Assembly (NCBI RefSeq): GCF_002113885.1
Contig: NW_018408738.1
Location: forward strand, 992,486-1,056,485
Source: Mizuhopecten yessoensis
Lineage: Eukaryota
Length of the DNA stretch: 64,000 nt
Reading direction: 5' to 3'
Part shown: one piece after another, positions 26,312-39,647 of the stretch
Layout of the letters: each line of letters starts with the position of its first letter
Numbering within the stretch: the stretch's first letter is position 1
The notes under the pieces: model-generated
What the model was told of the DNA's origin: nothing
The model's input: the letters and a program-made list of their open reading frames with translations, nothing else
Databases searched by the model: none
Position numbers and translations under genes: made by a program

Positions 26312-28373
26312 GACAGGTAGACTATATAGCCAGTGTGTATAACACACCTGGTCCAGCAGTAGCGGTGAACGGTTTATCAGGCTGGCGCTCACACTCTCTC
26401 TGATTTTATTGTGACGTCTGAGGCAAGAGACAGCACAGGTGGTACTGCGAGTAAATATTGTGATAGGAAAATAACACGTGTAATACTGCATGTAAATGCC
26501 ATGAATAGTGAAACCACAATTGATACTATACGCAAATACTGCGATAGGAATCTATTGCGGTAGAAAACAAAACAGCTGATAGCGTATGCAAATGCATTTA
26601 TTGTTATAGGGAACATCACAGTTGTCTTCGCGAGAATATGATGTAACATGAAACAAAAAAGAAGGCACTACATGTAAATTGTGAGATAGGAAACAACACA
26701 TGCAGGGCTTTTAGAAGACTAGAGTGTGCGTTTGACTCAAAAAATGAGGTTTAACGCTTAGGATAAAAATACTACGTTTATTTGACATGTGTTTTTACTT
26801 TTGCGATTTCAGGGAAAATGCCATTTGACCTATGAGATTGCTTAATGTCATGGGTAACCTAAATAACTGACATGAAATACCGGTGTAAACACTGTTGTGA
26901 AAAACTACACGGGTGGAGCAGTATGTACATGTTGGGATAGGAAATAACAAAACATATGCTGCATGTTTCATCTGTAAAAGGAAATATATACATGGTTTTT
27001 ACAGATGATTGTACCACGGAAAGACCACTCTGCCGAGGCATCTCAACAAAATGGAGAAGATAGACTGACAGCTAACCCAATCAAATTATTCTGACAATGG
27101 AGGTGTCTTCGGCAAACCGTCGAAAGAAAATGATCGGAAGGAGAGAAAAGAACAGATACATTTTTCAATTGTGGCAATTGGGCTAACAATTTAGTTTTTA
27201 GCAGAAGAAACAGAGAAAAAAAATCGATTATGCAGGGATTCTACATTATTCGCCTCATACGATGGTGTATAATTCTGGGGATTCCACAGGTATACTGTAA
27301 GAGAAAGGCATTAATTGTTTACAACGGTAGGACGATGATAAAGTATCATTTATGTGCAAGTGTTTACTTGCTGAACTTCTCAAAACACAACAAATATCTA
27401 TTTTACTTGTGGTGTATCTTTCAATAAACTGTCGAGTTTACTATAAAATAATTCAAACACAGGCAAAACGGTGGGTTTCTAATATCACATCAGGTATGTT
27501 GCAGACGCTGCATTATGTACTAGAACTACATCGGAAGACATTTCGCGGAAGAATGCAACATTTGTCTGCTGAAACACGATATCAAAGACGTGGAAATTTA
27601 AACATGCATTTAATCGCATGTTTGTGGGTTGAATTCTTACAACCCTCGGTTTAACATCTTCCCTTGTGTAGTATAGTGGTGTAAAGTGAGCGATTCCAAA
27701 TTGAATGTGTTGGTAATGTATGGGCAAAAGAGATGCATTACTCGCGCTAGGAACGTTACATCATTATCGATGATATGTCTGATATGAAAGAAAAGAGGGT
27801 CGATTAAATGGCCCAGTGTACAATGACTAACAACCGGAACCAACATGTGTGAAGAACGATTTGCTTCGTGATCAATTTTTTCATTGGCCCATTATTTACT
27901 CTGGATAAGAGGGATTCAGAACCCCGTCTGTAAAGCTAGTAGCGCTCAGCGCTGCCCTCATCTTCATATGTCAATACACATACAACAGATATATCTAATG
28001 CAGGACTGGTGTTTTCTAGAAACACTGCTTTGTCATTGAAAAGCTGTATCATTCATTTCCCTTCAAAAAGGTAGTACATAAAAACTAAAAATATATAAAT
28101 TGCATTTGAACAACGAATCGCATACGCTAGATATGTTTGATCTGGACCACTGGTTCCGTCATCGAAATTTCATTGTTTACAATTTAACTTACCATCAAAA
28201 ATATCATTGTTGGTGCATGTAACATTAAAAAAGAGAAAAGTACTACTATCTGAATAGGAAATCAGTTTTGTGGTATATGTGCATTATTGAAGGACACATA
28301 TTACAGGGATATAAATAGGCTAGCAAGGCTTGACAGGGTTGGCACATGTGCTACAGGAAAAGTGTAGTATGTA

Positions 28374-29328
28374 CAGTTGTGGGACCGCACAACGCACCAA
28401 AAATCGCGTGCGCACACCGTGCATACATCGTTCACACACCGTCCGCACATCGTCCACACATGGTGCGCACAACTGTGCGATTTAGTAATCGTTCGCCCCG
28501 TTGTGCGCTTCTCTCCGCACAACTGTGCGATTTGGTATCATTTGTAGATCAAAATTACGGAATGACAAAAATACGGAAGGCTTTTATGCGATAATGTACA
28601 CTGTGTATATATCTGTAATTTCCCATCACAATAATCAAGATTATACAATTTCACAATGAGTGTTACACAGTATTACAGCAACCGTTAGGCTGTCAAGAAT
28701 GGGTTTGGCTCCAAGGTAACAGAACAGGTAAATAACAATTTTATGAGTGTCCGGATTTTACCTGGCCAGTGCCTGACACACAGAGCTGATATGCGATACC
28801 GTTTGACCATAATGAAAAGTATTTATTATTTGCATTCGTTTGCCTATAGCCCCCCTTCACCTGGATTTTCACACCCCCGGCCTTACCCGACGAGTTAATG
28901 CCCCAGGCGGGGAGAAAACTACGGTCCAGGTACATGTACAAAGTGGTTATGTTTACCAGTATACGAGACTGAGTTGTAATTTTACATGAGTCGATTAAGT
29001 TTGTTTAAAAACACAGAAAACATAATTCCTAAATATAAGAATATATAGACAGAAAGATAAGTTTATAGATGTTGCTAGAATATAGAAACATACGTAAATA
29101 TTAAGTTTATATGCTTAAACACGAACCGTATAAATTGTTGAGGTATTCCTCAATTTACACCAACCACGATTGTTATCGCACATCGTCCGTCCATCGTGCG
29201 CACATATGTGCGCAAGCAATGATCGTTCAGCTTTTTATCGTTCGCCCATCGTGCACACACCGTTCACCCACCGTGCACACCTCGTGCGCACACCGCACAT
29301 CGTGTAACGTTATTCGATCCCACAACTG
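28374..29328. mobile_element. Tc1/mariner-type MITE, copy 2, 955 bp
   Basis: Colinear with and very similar to 8573-9537. Ends are CAGTTGTGGGACCG and CGATCCCACAACTG, with TA at 28372-73 and 29329-30. Confidence 0.93.
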
Positions 29329-29409
29329 TAGGAGAAGCTCGTTTCTCTTTTATTAGGAGGGTTCATGTTGTCATTTCTTTATTTTCTCTCTCTCCTCACA
29401 CAGTGTCTG

Positions 29410-29785
29410 ATATCCCCTCTTCCTGTATCACCTAATAAATCCCTCTCCCACTTCCTGTATCACCTAATAAATCCCTCTCCCAATGCAGCGTCTTATAAAA
29501 ACCGTCTCTTTTCTAAGTGTCTTATAAAGTAAGCCCTTTCACATAGCTTCCGCCGCTTAATAAACATGCCTCCTATGCAGCGTCTTAAAAACCTTTCTAA
29601 AACATTATCTCCCCCAATATGAAGCGTCTAAAAAAAACCTCTACTTTTGCAACTTCTGAAAAAGCACCCCCCCCCCTCCCGCCTTAATATGCAGCGTCTA
29701 AACAGTCCCCGCCCTCTGCAGCGTCTCAAACAGCACTTTCCCTCCGCAGCGTTTAAAACAGCCCTCTCCCTTCGCAACGTCACTT
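29410..29785. repeat. Degenerate C-rich minisatellite plus a short tandem duplication
   Basis: CTTCCTGTATCACCTAATAAATCCCTCTCCCA occurs twice in tandem, followed by about seven loose units containing GCAGCGTCT(T)AAA. Confidence 0.75.
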
Positions 29786-31414
29786 CATCTGCTTACAATG
29801 ACACGAACTTCAATCTAAACTTCGAAACAGTTTAATCAAGCGCACGCTATCTATGGTTTGAGAATGTCCAAACAGTTGAAGACAGCGAACGTTTTATGGT
29901 ATTCGAATTACGGGACAGGTAAAGCCAGGGTACCTTTTTACCGCCTTTGTTTACTTAGTGTAATTAAGCCCTAACTACCTCGTCCGTTAATAAATTTGCT
30001 GGATATCTCAACATAAAAATCAGTTATTTCACAAGGCATGTTATCGGCTGAGTAAAATCTTGTGTATCCTCACCTGTCTGACTACCGACCACGCGACTGT
30101 TGGATTATTTGCTATAACGGTAAGTGGAAAAAACAACGTTGTTATCATTATCTCTAGAATAAATTAAGACACGTCAAACTGACATGTTCATGGCGAATAC
30201 GATCGCACTGTTCAGGGAAAGAAATGGGTTGAAGAAATTTCAAATTTTCTGAGTTGCTAGACGTCACAATGGGACAAAAATGACGAAATGTCAGGAAAAT
30301 GAAAACTTTCTATGCCGCGATGTGGACACTACCGATAGATGTATTTACAATTGTTAATTAAGCAACAACATAAGTCTTCAGAAAGGAGAAAGAAATACAT
30401 TTTTTTAAACGTAGCAATTAAAATAACCCTATTTGATATTTCTTTGGTCAAATTGTCAAACCTTACCTCATTAGCAATGAGTTTTATAATCTCCTACTTA
30501 TAAGGTCATAAATATGAGTGTATATTTTTCGTTTTTATACTATTTTGATCACTCCTGCAGGTCCGTGGAATGAATATGTTATCGAAAAAAGCGACAAATA
30601 TTGTGTGCCTTCTTCATTTATTGAAAAAACAGAATTTATCTGCTATCCCATTGTGACATTTGGAATCTATGACCCCCACCCCTCTTCCCCCACTTCCCCA
30701 AAAATACAATAAAACGACTCAGTATATCCCGTCAACTCTTACATAATAATATCTGCAGACGACACACGTCATTATCTTGCATTGCGTATGTTCCAACTGT
30801 GGTTTTACCGCGTAAATAACATCTGTTATCAACCGCTTATATTTAACCACACAATAGGAACAAGCAGCCTCAATCTCGCTACTTATTCAAATCTATAATA
30901 GCATTCCCTGATATTTTATAAGCCATTATAACACATGATATATTAAAAAAGAATCCGTAACAATTACCTTGCCTCTAACTGTACGTTAATTCAAAAATAA
31001 AAACTTGAAGATGTATCTAGCTGCAGGTAAGTCAGTATTCGAAAGAAAACAATTTGTTTTATCAACAAATTCTTCAAAACTTCAAACACTACCGAGAACC
31101 AGAAATGAGTCAATGACAAAAACATTGTCAATCGTATGGAAATCTAATAGTAAGAACTAAGTTCGCTTATCAGAAACTTTAAAAGCAATATTACGATTGT
31201 GTCTGGCGTTGAAATTGGAAAATATCATGAAAGAAGCACTATGAAAAATAAACTAGTATTTATTGCAAAATTGCTCGAAATTGTGTACATCAAATTTACT
31301 TTCCATGCAAGTCATAATTTCATTCATTAAATGCATGAAAATTTCTCGCAATCACATTGGTCGGATCCTATACACGTGACCAGACATCAAAAACTCATGC
31401 AGACTGAATATCGA

Positions 31415-31575
31415 TTTCTAAATATAGCCTATATGCTGTTAACATAAAAAAGGCCATTGGACATTCAGTGCATGTCCTCCATGCTTATCGAAAAGAACCT
31501 TGACAATGTCTTCGAAAGCTATGATGCTGAACTGTTGAGTTCAAACCTGGCTAAATCGCGTACAGAAATGAGAAT
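31415..31575 (+). pseudogene. Frameshifted remnant resembling the N-terminal region of Crypton-type (tyrosine recombinase / DUF3504) transposon proteins
   Basis: Reads LYAVNIKKAIGHSVHVLHAY, then after a frameshift IEKNLDNVFESYDAELLSSNLAKSRTEMR. This fits the recalled pattern NTKKAT..AV.VL..Y..EK.L...FE.....EL...L.KFY.E.RK. It lies ~330 bp from a long terminal-type hairpin. Confidence 0.55.
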
Positions 31576-31903
31576 CTTGAGTGTTGTTTTATTTTATTGT
31601 TGAATGATTCACCAGCACAAAATTCCATAATTGTTTTACAATTATTATCACATAATATACTGTAGTCCAGTGAATAAACACATGTCATATTTTTTTGCGT
31701 ATTAACTCATGTAATATGACCTATGAACCCTGTGATTGGGTGATTGGTAAGTTTCAATTGTTTCAATTGTGAAGTCATGTGTAGGACAAGCACATGACGT
31801 CACAGACTTACGCACTGGCGTCAAAATGGCGGATTTTCAAGGTTGCATGAAAATTGTCATTTTACACGAATAAATGCCACGACCCTTGATTATATGATAA
31901 AAA

Positions 31904-32025
31904 GGGTCTTACACTCGTTTTCAATTCATATGAAATTTATGAAACTCGTCAGAGGCTCGCTGAATTGAAAAATTCTTAGACTCGTTTCATAAATCTCATA
32001 TGAAATGGAAACTCAAATAAGGTCC
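31904..32025. repeat. 47-bp-arm inverted repeat (hairpin), probable terminus of a non-autonomous Crypton-like element spanning ~31300-32030
   Basis: Arm 31904-31950 (GGGTCTTACACTCGTTTTCAATTCATATGAAATTTATGAAACTCGTC) pairs imperfectly with arm 31979-32025 (GACTCGTTTCATAAATCTCATATGAAATGGAAACTCAAATAAGGTCC). Confidence 0.85.
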
Positions 32026-33799
32026 TATATATGTGAACAGGGAAATTGTTTGTTATATTATTACATTGCAAAGCGAAGAAAAAAAAGTTCGACGAATTAT
32101 GTTTTTGGTTTTGCTAGAGTACCTTTTACAGTAGCAAACAGACATTTGTATATGAATTTACTACAACACGTTTTAATAAACTGTCTTAAATAATTATATA
32201 AGTGTGTTTGTCAATATATATTTATAGCATTTTAATGAAAACTACATTGTACACATATAGTTAGATATAAAAAAGAAATGTTTCATTCACCTGTTCTACA
32301 ACGTTTTCTAAAAAGCGATATATTTTCATCAAAAAGCTACAATGAGCTGTTTCATACGTAAAGCATGACGATGAAACATCTCTTAAAACAAACCATGGTT
32401 CCTATCCTATATTTTACTCGTGTCCTGATCGGATTACACTGAAACATCAGCCGTTTTAACACAATATAGAATTGGCTCATTATTTGACATGAAGCATTTC
32501 CAAAACATTAGGGGCCGAAACATTTCTCAAGAACATCCATCAAGTTAATGTTTGGACTGTTTGTCGGGAGTACTTAATGTTTTAAAAAACATTCTTTATA
32601 TATCGCATCACTTAAAACAATTTCGTTTATCTTAATCATGCTATCTTAATTAAGCCTGACCTATATTAAAGATTCGAAAAACTTTGTGATTACCACGAAA
32701 TCATTTGTAGGAAGAAACTAGTCTGGAGGGCATGACAACTCCTTCCTCTTTATTAAGAAGGCATAAGCACAATGATTAAGGCGTTGAATATCAGCCTGTG
32801 AAAATGAGGGCAGATACTGTCATTATAGCATAACAATGGTATTGAAACTCATACCACATGGGGAATACAGCCAGCTGAGATGTTAATGAGAAGGAATGAC
32901 ACAAAACAATAATAGCCAATGTCACTACATTTTTTTTTAAAGAGACTAAAAACAAAGGATCTTTCCGATCAGACAACCTTATACCCAAATTCTTTACAAG
33001 TATTAGACGCAGTCTACCATGCATTTTGTACATATAATCACTAATGTTTATCAGAATTCTGACACTCACTTCATACATACATCCATATATATTTGATAAT
33101 GTGGTATATTAGTTGTGATTACACTAGTGGAACAATGATTAGATTTGAGCTGACAGACTGATTTAAACCGTCAACAGACTAATTAAAACAATTGCGTTGC
33201 TACAAAACATGAACAAGTTTATATTTAGTAGCAGGTACGGAAACTATCATGATTTAACCACATCAGAACGATACACACTGATCATTGATCAAACTATAAA
33301 TAACGTGCATCATCTAGCCATCAGCGACCCGTTTGCACAATTACACGCTCTCCGGATTGGGAAATGCATAAGATATAAACACTGATTAGTTTGGTATACT
33401 GCACTTGGTAACACAATATTGATATTTTCCTAGCATATATGCTTTTGGAATTTAACAGATGGTTCGTCGCATGATTATTTCGAAGAACAACATGCCAGAC
33501 AATGTAACTCTTCAACCTAGAAGATTTACATACAGAACCACTTAACATCTGGAGACCCAGCAAGGATATGTAAAAAGATTGTTTTATTATTTCTACGCTG
33601 GGGAAATTGAGAAAGTCTGTCCAATTGTTGCCGATCTGACATCGGTAAGGATTACCTATTTGCTATTTTAAAGACTGTTATGAAAATTTCAACACTTTTT
33701 TTTACCAATAATTAAGTAAGATTATGTTTGCGCATCTGATTCTTCTTCTCACAATGTTACAGCATAACTCTTTCTACTTACTACACAGTATAACATTTA

Positions 33800-34778
33800 C
33801 AGATGTGGGAACGCATAACGCACCAACAATAGCGTGCGCAATTCATTCATACATCGTGCACACACCGTCCGCACATCGTCCACACATGGTGCGCACAACT
33901 GTGCGATTTAAGAATCTTTCGCCCCGTTGTGCGCTTCTCTCCGCACAAATGTGCGATTTGGTAAAATTGGTTGATCAATATTACGTAATGAACAAAATCC
34001 GGAGCCCTCGTTTGGAATCAAGAACACTGTATATATCAATTGCTCATCAAATAATTAGAATTATGTTTAATTGTACAATGCGAGTTACACAGCATTACAG
34101 TGGCAGTTAGACTGTCAAGAATAGGTTTAGCTCCCAGGTAACAGAACAGGTAAATAATATGTTGATGATTGACCGGAGTTTTACCAGGCATGTGCCTGAC
34201 AAAGAGAGCTGATATGTGACACCGTATGACCGTTATGAAATCACAACTGGACGTTAAATATTTGTTATTTGCATTTTGTTTGGTCTATAGCACCCCTTCA
34301 CCTTGATTTTCACACCTAGGCGGGTTACTTAAATGCCCCGGGTGGGGGAAACTACGGTCTATGTACAGGTACAAATTTGTTATGCTTACCTGTATACATG
34401 TATGTGACCGTGTCAATACATGCATTTGCTATTTTACATATGTCGATTTGGGTCGTTTAAAAAACACCAAAAACACCATTTCTAAATTTAAGAAAATAAA
34501 GATAGAAAGATCAGCTTATATTTTCAGCTAGAATATAGAAATATACTTAAAAATCAAGTTTATATTAACACGAAGCAGTATTTATTGTTAAGCCATTTCT
34601 CAATTTACACCAACCACGATTGTCATCGCACAACGTTCGTCCATCGTCCGCAAAAATGTTGGCAAGCAATAATCGTCCAGATTTCAATCGGTCGCACACC
34701 GTGCACACATCGTGCACACTCCCTGCGCACATTACGCGCACATGGCACATCGTGTAACGTTGTGCGTTCCCACCACTG
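33800..34778. mobile_element. Tc1/mariner-type MITE, copy 3 (diverged subfamily), 979 bp
   Basis: Colinear with copies 1 and 2 but with many substitutions and indels. Ends are CAGATGTGGGAACGCATAACG and CGTTGTGCGTTCCCACCACTG, with TA at 33798-99 and 34779-80. Confidence 0.9.
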
Positions 34779-36362
34779 TATCTTTACAGGGTTTTCATAC
34801 TTGTCACCGCAACGCTTCCTGCATACATGGCAAAATATTACTTTCGATACACCGAAGAAAGTAACACTTTCTTAATACACGGATATATAACACTTCCCCA
34901 ACACGGCCATTCTAACACTTTCTATATACATTTGTACTGTTTACTTACAGCAATTTGTAGGAATTGAATATTTCATATGTCACTCGACCCAGGACGTGTT
35001 GCCTATCGATAGAGAGTGAATGCACCCTGTTTCAAATATGTTACTAGTGGGGTGTCAATCTAGCCCTCCTCCGGTCAGGTCAGTATCGGGTCATACAGAT
35101 GACTCAGCTGGTGTCCCCCTCGTCACTGTTCATGTTTTGAATTTTCCTGATTTTTATTTCTCTTTGTTACGACACGTTAGATACGACAACTATTTCAAAA
35201 CATGCGTATCTTATTGAAGATGTTAGCATTATACTTCTTCCTTACAAGACAGCAAATCCTTTTCGTACAGAACAATGCACCAATGTCCTCACATAGAGGA
35301 ACATAACGCTTAAATATGCAAACAGATGACGATAACTATGATGTGCTCTTTCGCCCTGTTTATACCAGGAGTCGTCAGGAATAGATTGACTGCCCCTGTT
35401 GCCGTGATGTTTATTTACTATTCTCAAGTGAAACCAATCCTATCTTTGACATTTAAACACACAGGGGCGTGTACGTTTAAGACTGGAACTGCGGGGTAAT
35501 GACAGAGCATGGAAAACTCGCATGTGAAAGTGCATTCAGCTCATTAGCACTTTTTTGACATTTTTTTCTTGGTTAATGTGTTTGTTTAAAGGAAACAAAA
35601 CATAATTTTGACACGTGCACAATGTATCTTCTGACAACACATTCTACAATGTAGCTTTCGTGAACGGTTCAGAAGTAAAAGTAATCCAATTCAAGGGAAA
35701 ATTCTATTTTCAAAAATGTTTCAAAGGAATCTTCCTGTATCAGAACTGCACGGTAGGATACCGGCAGATATCGGCTATGGTGCGTGCTACCGATATTTCA
35801 GTCTAGCGGTATTGACAAAGCTATAGAGAGCCATGGTGTAGTACACACGGGGCGATTTATTGATTAACATGATACTACTTTCTGATTAGACGGTTTAACG
35901 CATGGTGAGTCAACTCTACATCGTTGCACCGAAACATAGTTCCGAGCGGGAGAGTGTTTATGTTGTTAAAAGAATTAGGTCCTTTTGAGATATAATCATA
36001 CCGTTGTTTAGCTGAAATTATTTATAACATTATTAAAACGCTCTGAATGGCTTGTAAAAGAAGATCATTTACTGCCTCAAATAAGTATACACGTGGGCCA
36101 TATTACATGTCTGAAAATAATGCGCGCTTTTATAAAGATGCACCTGATATGACTTTTCCATAAGTGTCCTTTAAGAGTGCAGGTAAAATACATGGAGCAA
36201 GTAAAGTGTTTTGGTATTAACATGCAATTCAATAGTTTATTCCACTGCTGATATGGTCCAATGGTTGTCTACTGGGTTAGATGACCAGGGTTCTATCTAC
36301 AGTTATGCTAGGTGAATGATTTCAAAGCAAAATACAATCAAGTTACTTGACAAGATAATACT

Positions 36363-36480
36363 TAAGCATTGAACTGTTTTTGTATGGTATTTATGATCTA
36401 TTTGAATGACACAGCATTGCAAGCAAACAAATCATAATGCGCGCTAGCATCAATACCATACAAAAACAGTTCAATACTTA
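36363..36480. repeat. 29-bp-arm inverted repeat (palindromic mini-element or element terminus)
   Basis: TAAGCATTGAACTGTTTTTGTATGGTATT (36363-36391) pairs with AATACCATACAAAAACAGTTCAATACTTA (36452-36480) with 1 mismatch. Confidence 0.88.
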
Positions 36481-39400
36481 TATTTACGTTTTCTCTGCCT
36501 CTTATGTTCTTTTTTAACTTATAATTTATATTTAAGATTAAAAAGGCCTGCCTTATCGACAGTCCACACAATTTCGATCAATAGTTTGAACAGCGTATTG
36601 TCGCGTGCTGATTGACAAACAAAGTAGTACTTTTAAAGTTTAACAGACACTTCAATTTTATTCCACAATTCAGCATCAATACAGTTGCGTATGATATGTC
36701 TATTGAGTGATTTAAGTTTTACACTAGAACTCTGAGCCGAGAGTTATATTTAAAATTGTTTCGATTTTTCCCCGGAACAAACTTCGCGCATGGACAAATA
36801 CAGTGAACACCGTGAATCAAACCTTGCCCTCCACGAGGGAGTTATTTTTGGAAGTTAATTCGTACTTTTCTCTTTGCTCATTTTATGAAGAATCCAGGCG
36901 AGAAATTTATTTGTTGATTGTATGAACCTTACAGCAGTCGGTAGATTCTATAACAGTATCGTTATTTGACATGTCGTCAAAAACTGAGGAACCGTGGATG
37001 CGAGACGCGTGAAACTGATAGCGTTTGAAGTGAGTGATCTTGGGACAGAGCACAGGTTCGTTACAAATCTCTGAAATGTTTAAGTGTGCTGTGACTCATA
37101 TCAGTAGGTCTGTAACATATGTGTCAGTAGGTCTATACAATATGTGTATTTCAGACATTTGTAACCAACCCCTGTTGATCAGTGCAGTGTAACAGACGAT
37201 ATTTCTGATCAATTGCATGAGCGTTAAAATTGTTTCCATTGCCGGCATTGGTGATTTCAACCGATGTGCATTTTGTACGATATTGCAGACCTTGGTCTTG
37301 TTTTCGTTGTAATAAAAGTGTTTTTTTAATTTTTTAATTTTTATTTTGCACATAAATTTACAATGACATTGTCAAATCTCACAATGAACAGTGATATTTC
37401 AGCAGCCGTCATGTTTATTTTTATTCGATATTTTAGTTCCGGTCAGTGTTGTATTAATACGCTAAGAATTGTGTCTCGTGATGCATAGTAATTAAAGTCC
37501 CATCAACGACACAGCTTTCAAAGAGGCTATGTAGTGACAATGCCATGCAAATGTAAATATATTGATATGTCCATACAGTTAGGTCGTAGGAGGTGACTAA
37601 TTCTTTCTGCATGTCTGGATTTGTCTGCTGTTGGTTAATTAATCAAAAAAGTTTAATAACCGATTTTTAACAGTTCGTGCAAGCGAAATTACAGGCGGGA
37701 AAGTTTTGTTTATTCTTTTGTTTTAGTTTTTACGTCTTGACATCATGAAAGGTTATACATGATGGCATCTCAAAAGGGGTATGGACGAATAGACAGACAG
37801 TCTGATGCCGGAATACTTCACGGTCGTAAGCGGAAATTGCCAGAAACACCAGTATATAATAATGACATACCATGATTGGATAAAGTAGCGACATATAAGC
37901 TAACCAACATTTATTTTCTGACGGCGACAACAATCCGACGTTGCACAGAATCGAGCCAGTGCATCGATGCGTGTAGTCATTGAACGGCTGGGTTCGGCAG
38001 TTATAAAGAAAGTAGTCCAACGTCCAAATTCTGCCGGCGACTGAATTTGGCAAATCTGTAAATCACATCTAGAAAACATGTGAACTGTCGCGTTTCTACA
38101 ATAGAGTGTTTATGTTGATATGGCACTTAAGTCATTCAAACAAACCTCAGTTGTCTTTTATATCAATAATATGTTAATATTATATGTATATATATTTACT
38201 CAGTGGTATATATCTATTCTTAATTTTATCAAAGCTTTTCTATCTACTGCCCAAAATGTAACGTAATCTGCGAGGAAATCCTTAACAACAGACGAGTGCA
38301 TAATCATTCATACATGGCCAAAAGGAAATTGATTTTGTTTATTTATTTATTTTCATTTCAATTTTCGGTTTAATTTCCGAGCTCCACTGCAAGTGTATTA
38401 ACATGTATTTCATCGTTCTTGAACGTCCTTTTGATTTTGTAGGTACCAGTCGTAGATTTTCTTTATATTCTTTTATCTTAACAAAACGACACACACGCAA
38501 CATATATGCCTAAAATGACGACTTTAAATGGTGATCAGTGACTTTCCTTTTCCCAGGAAAAACATGATTCCATCTCCGTATTTATAGTTGTATTTCCCAC
38601 TTAATATGCAATTGGAGAATCTGTTTGTAAGTTGACAAAACAATAAGATCGTCAGCAGTAGATCGTTTCGCACTTTGATATTTTGGTGCAAACCTTATTT
38701 TTATGACAACCTTCAAAAAACAACTTTTGGGTGTCTATCTTTTCTGCTGTCAACTTTGCGTTGGTGACGTCTCCTTAGGTACATGAACACAACTCGCACC
38801 TGCAATCGTCGGCTGGTTATTTCAATGGGTTAAGGAGAAAGGCGCCACATTATTTGTAGACGAAGAAATCTTTGTGTGGTTGTAACTGTCTTAAGCATGC
38901 AAAACCCTTAAACAATAACTGGCCCCAGCATACCAACACAGTGTGTTACATGTACTATCTGTAAAGTTTGAAGGATGTTGCTGTTTCTGCGATTGTGTTG
39001 CGTGATATCAAAATAATTTGATCTGTACGGAGGCACATTTTTTTTTAACTTTGATTACTTACATCTAACAAAGCAGATGAAAAGCCGATAACTGATAACT
39101 GAACGACAAATGAAACGGAGCCAGAGACGGACACTGATCATGAGAGTAGTAAATTCAGGGAACATCTGTATTAAGGATTGATGTCCCCCTGCTTGCGACA
39201 AAACAAAAGAGAATTGCCTTTTTTATTTACAATTGATAAACTTCTCTTGACTGATCTCACCCTCCTGGGATTTTTTTTCAGAAAACAGCTTATACTGAAA
39301 AAACAAGGACTCTGTGCATGCTGCAGTTGATTGCATTAGTAAAGAAATCCGAAATTTCACTCCCCTGAAATTATCCCTAGAACAGTCTTCTAAGGATTTT

Positions 39401-39647
39401 GTCCCCCTCCTCCCATATCCAAATATTTTGGTTGTGTTGCTTTGGGAAAATACTCTGAAAACTGATTTAAAACAAAGTAAAAATAGCAGAAAACTGAACA
39501 GATTTCTACATTTTCTGTTGTTATTTTTAGGAAAATACGCATGACTTACTATACAGGAAACCACTCATTTTATTGCTAACAGGTGTGGCTTATCTATTGT
39601 TAAAATTATAAGGCAGAACGACAATGGTCGCTTCCACAGGGACCTAA

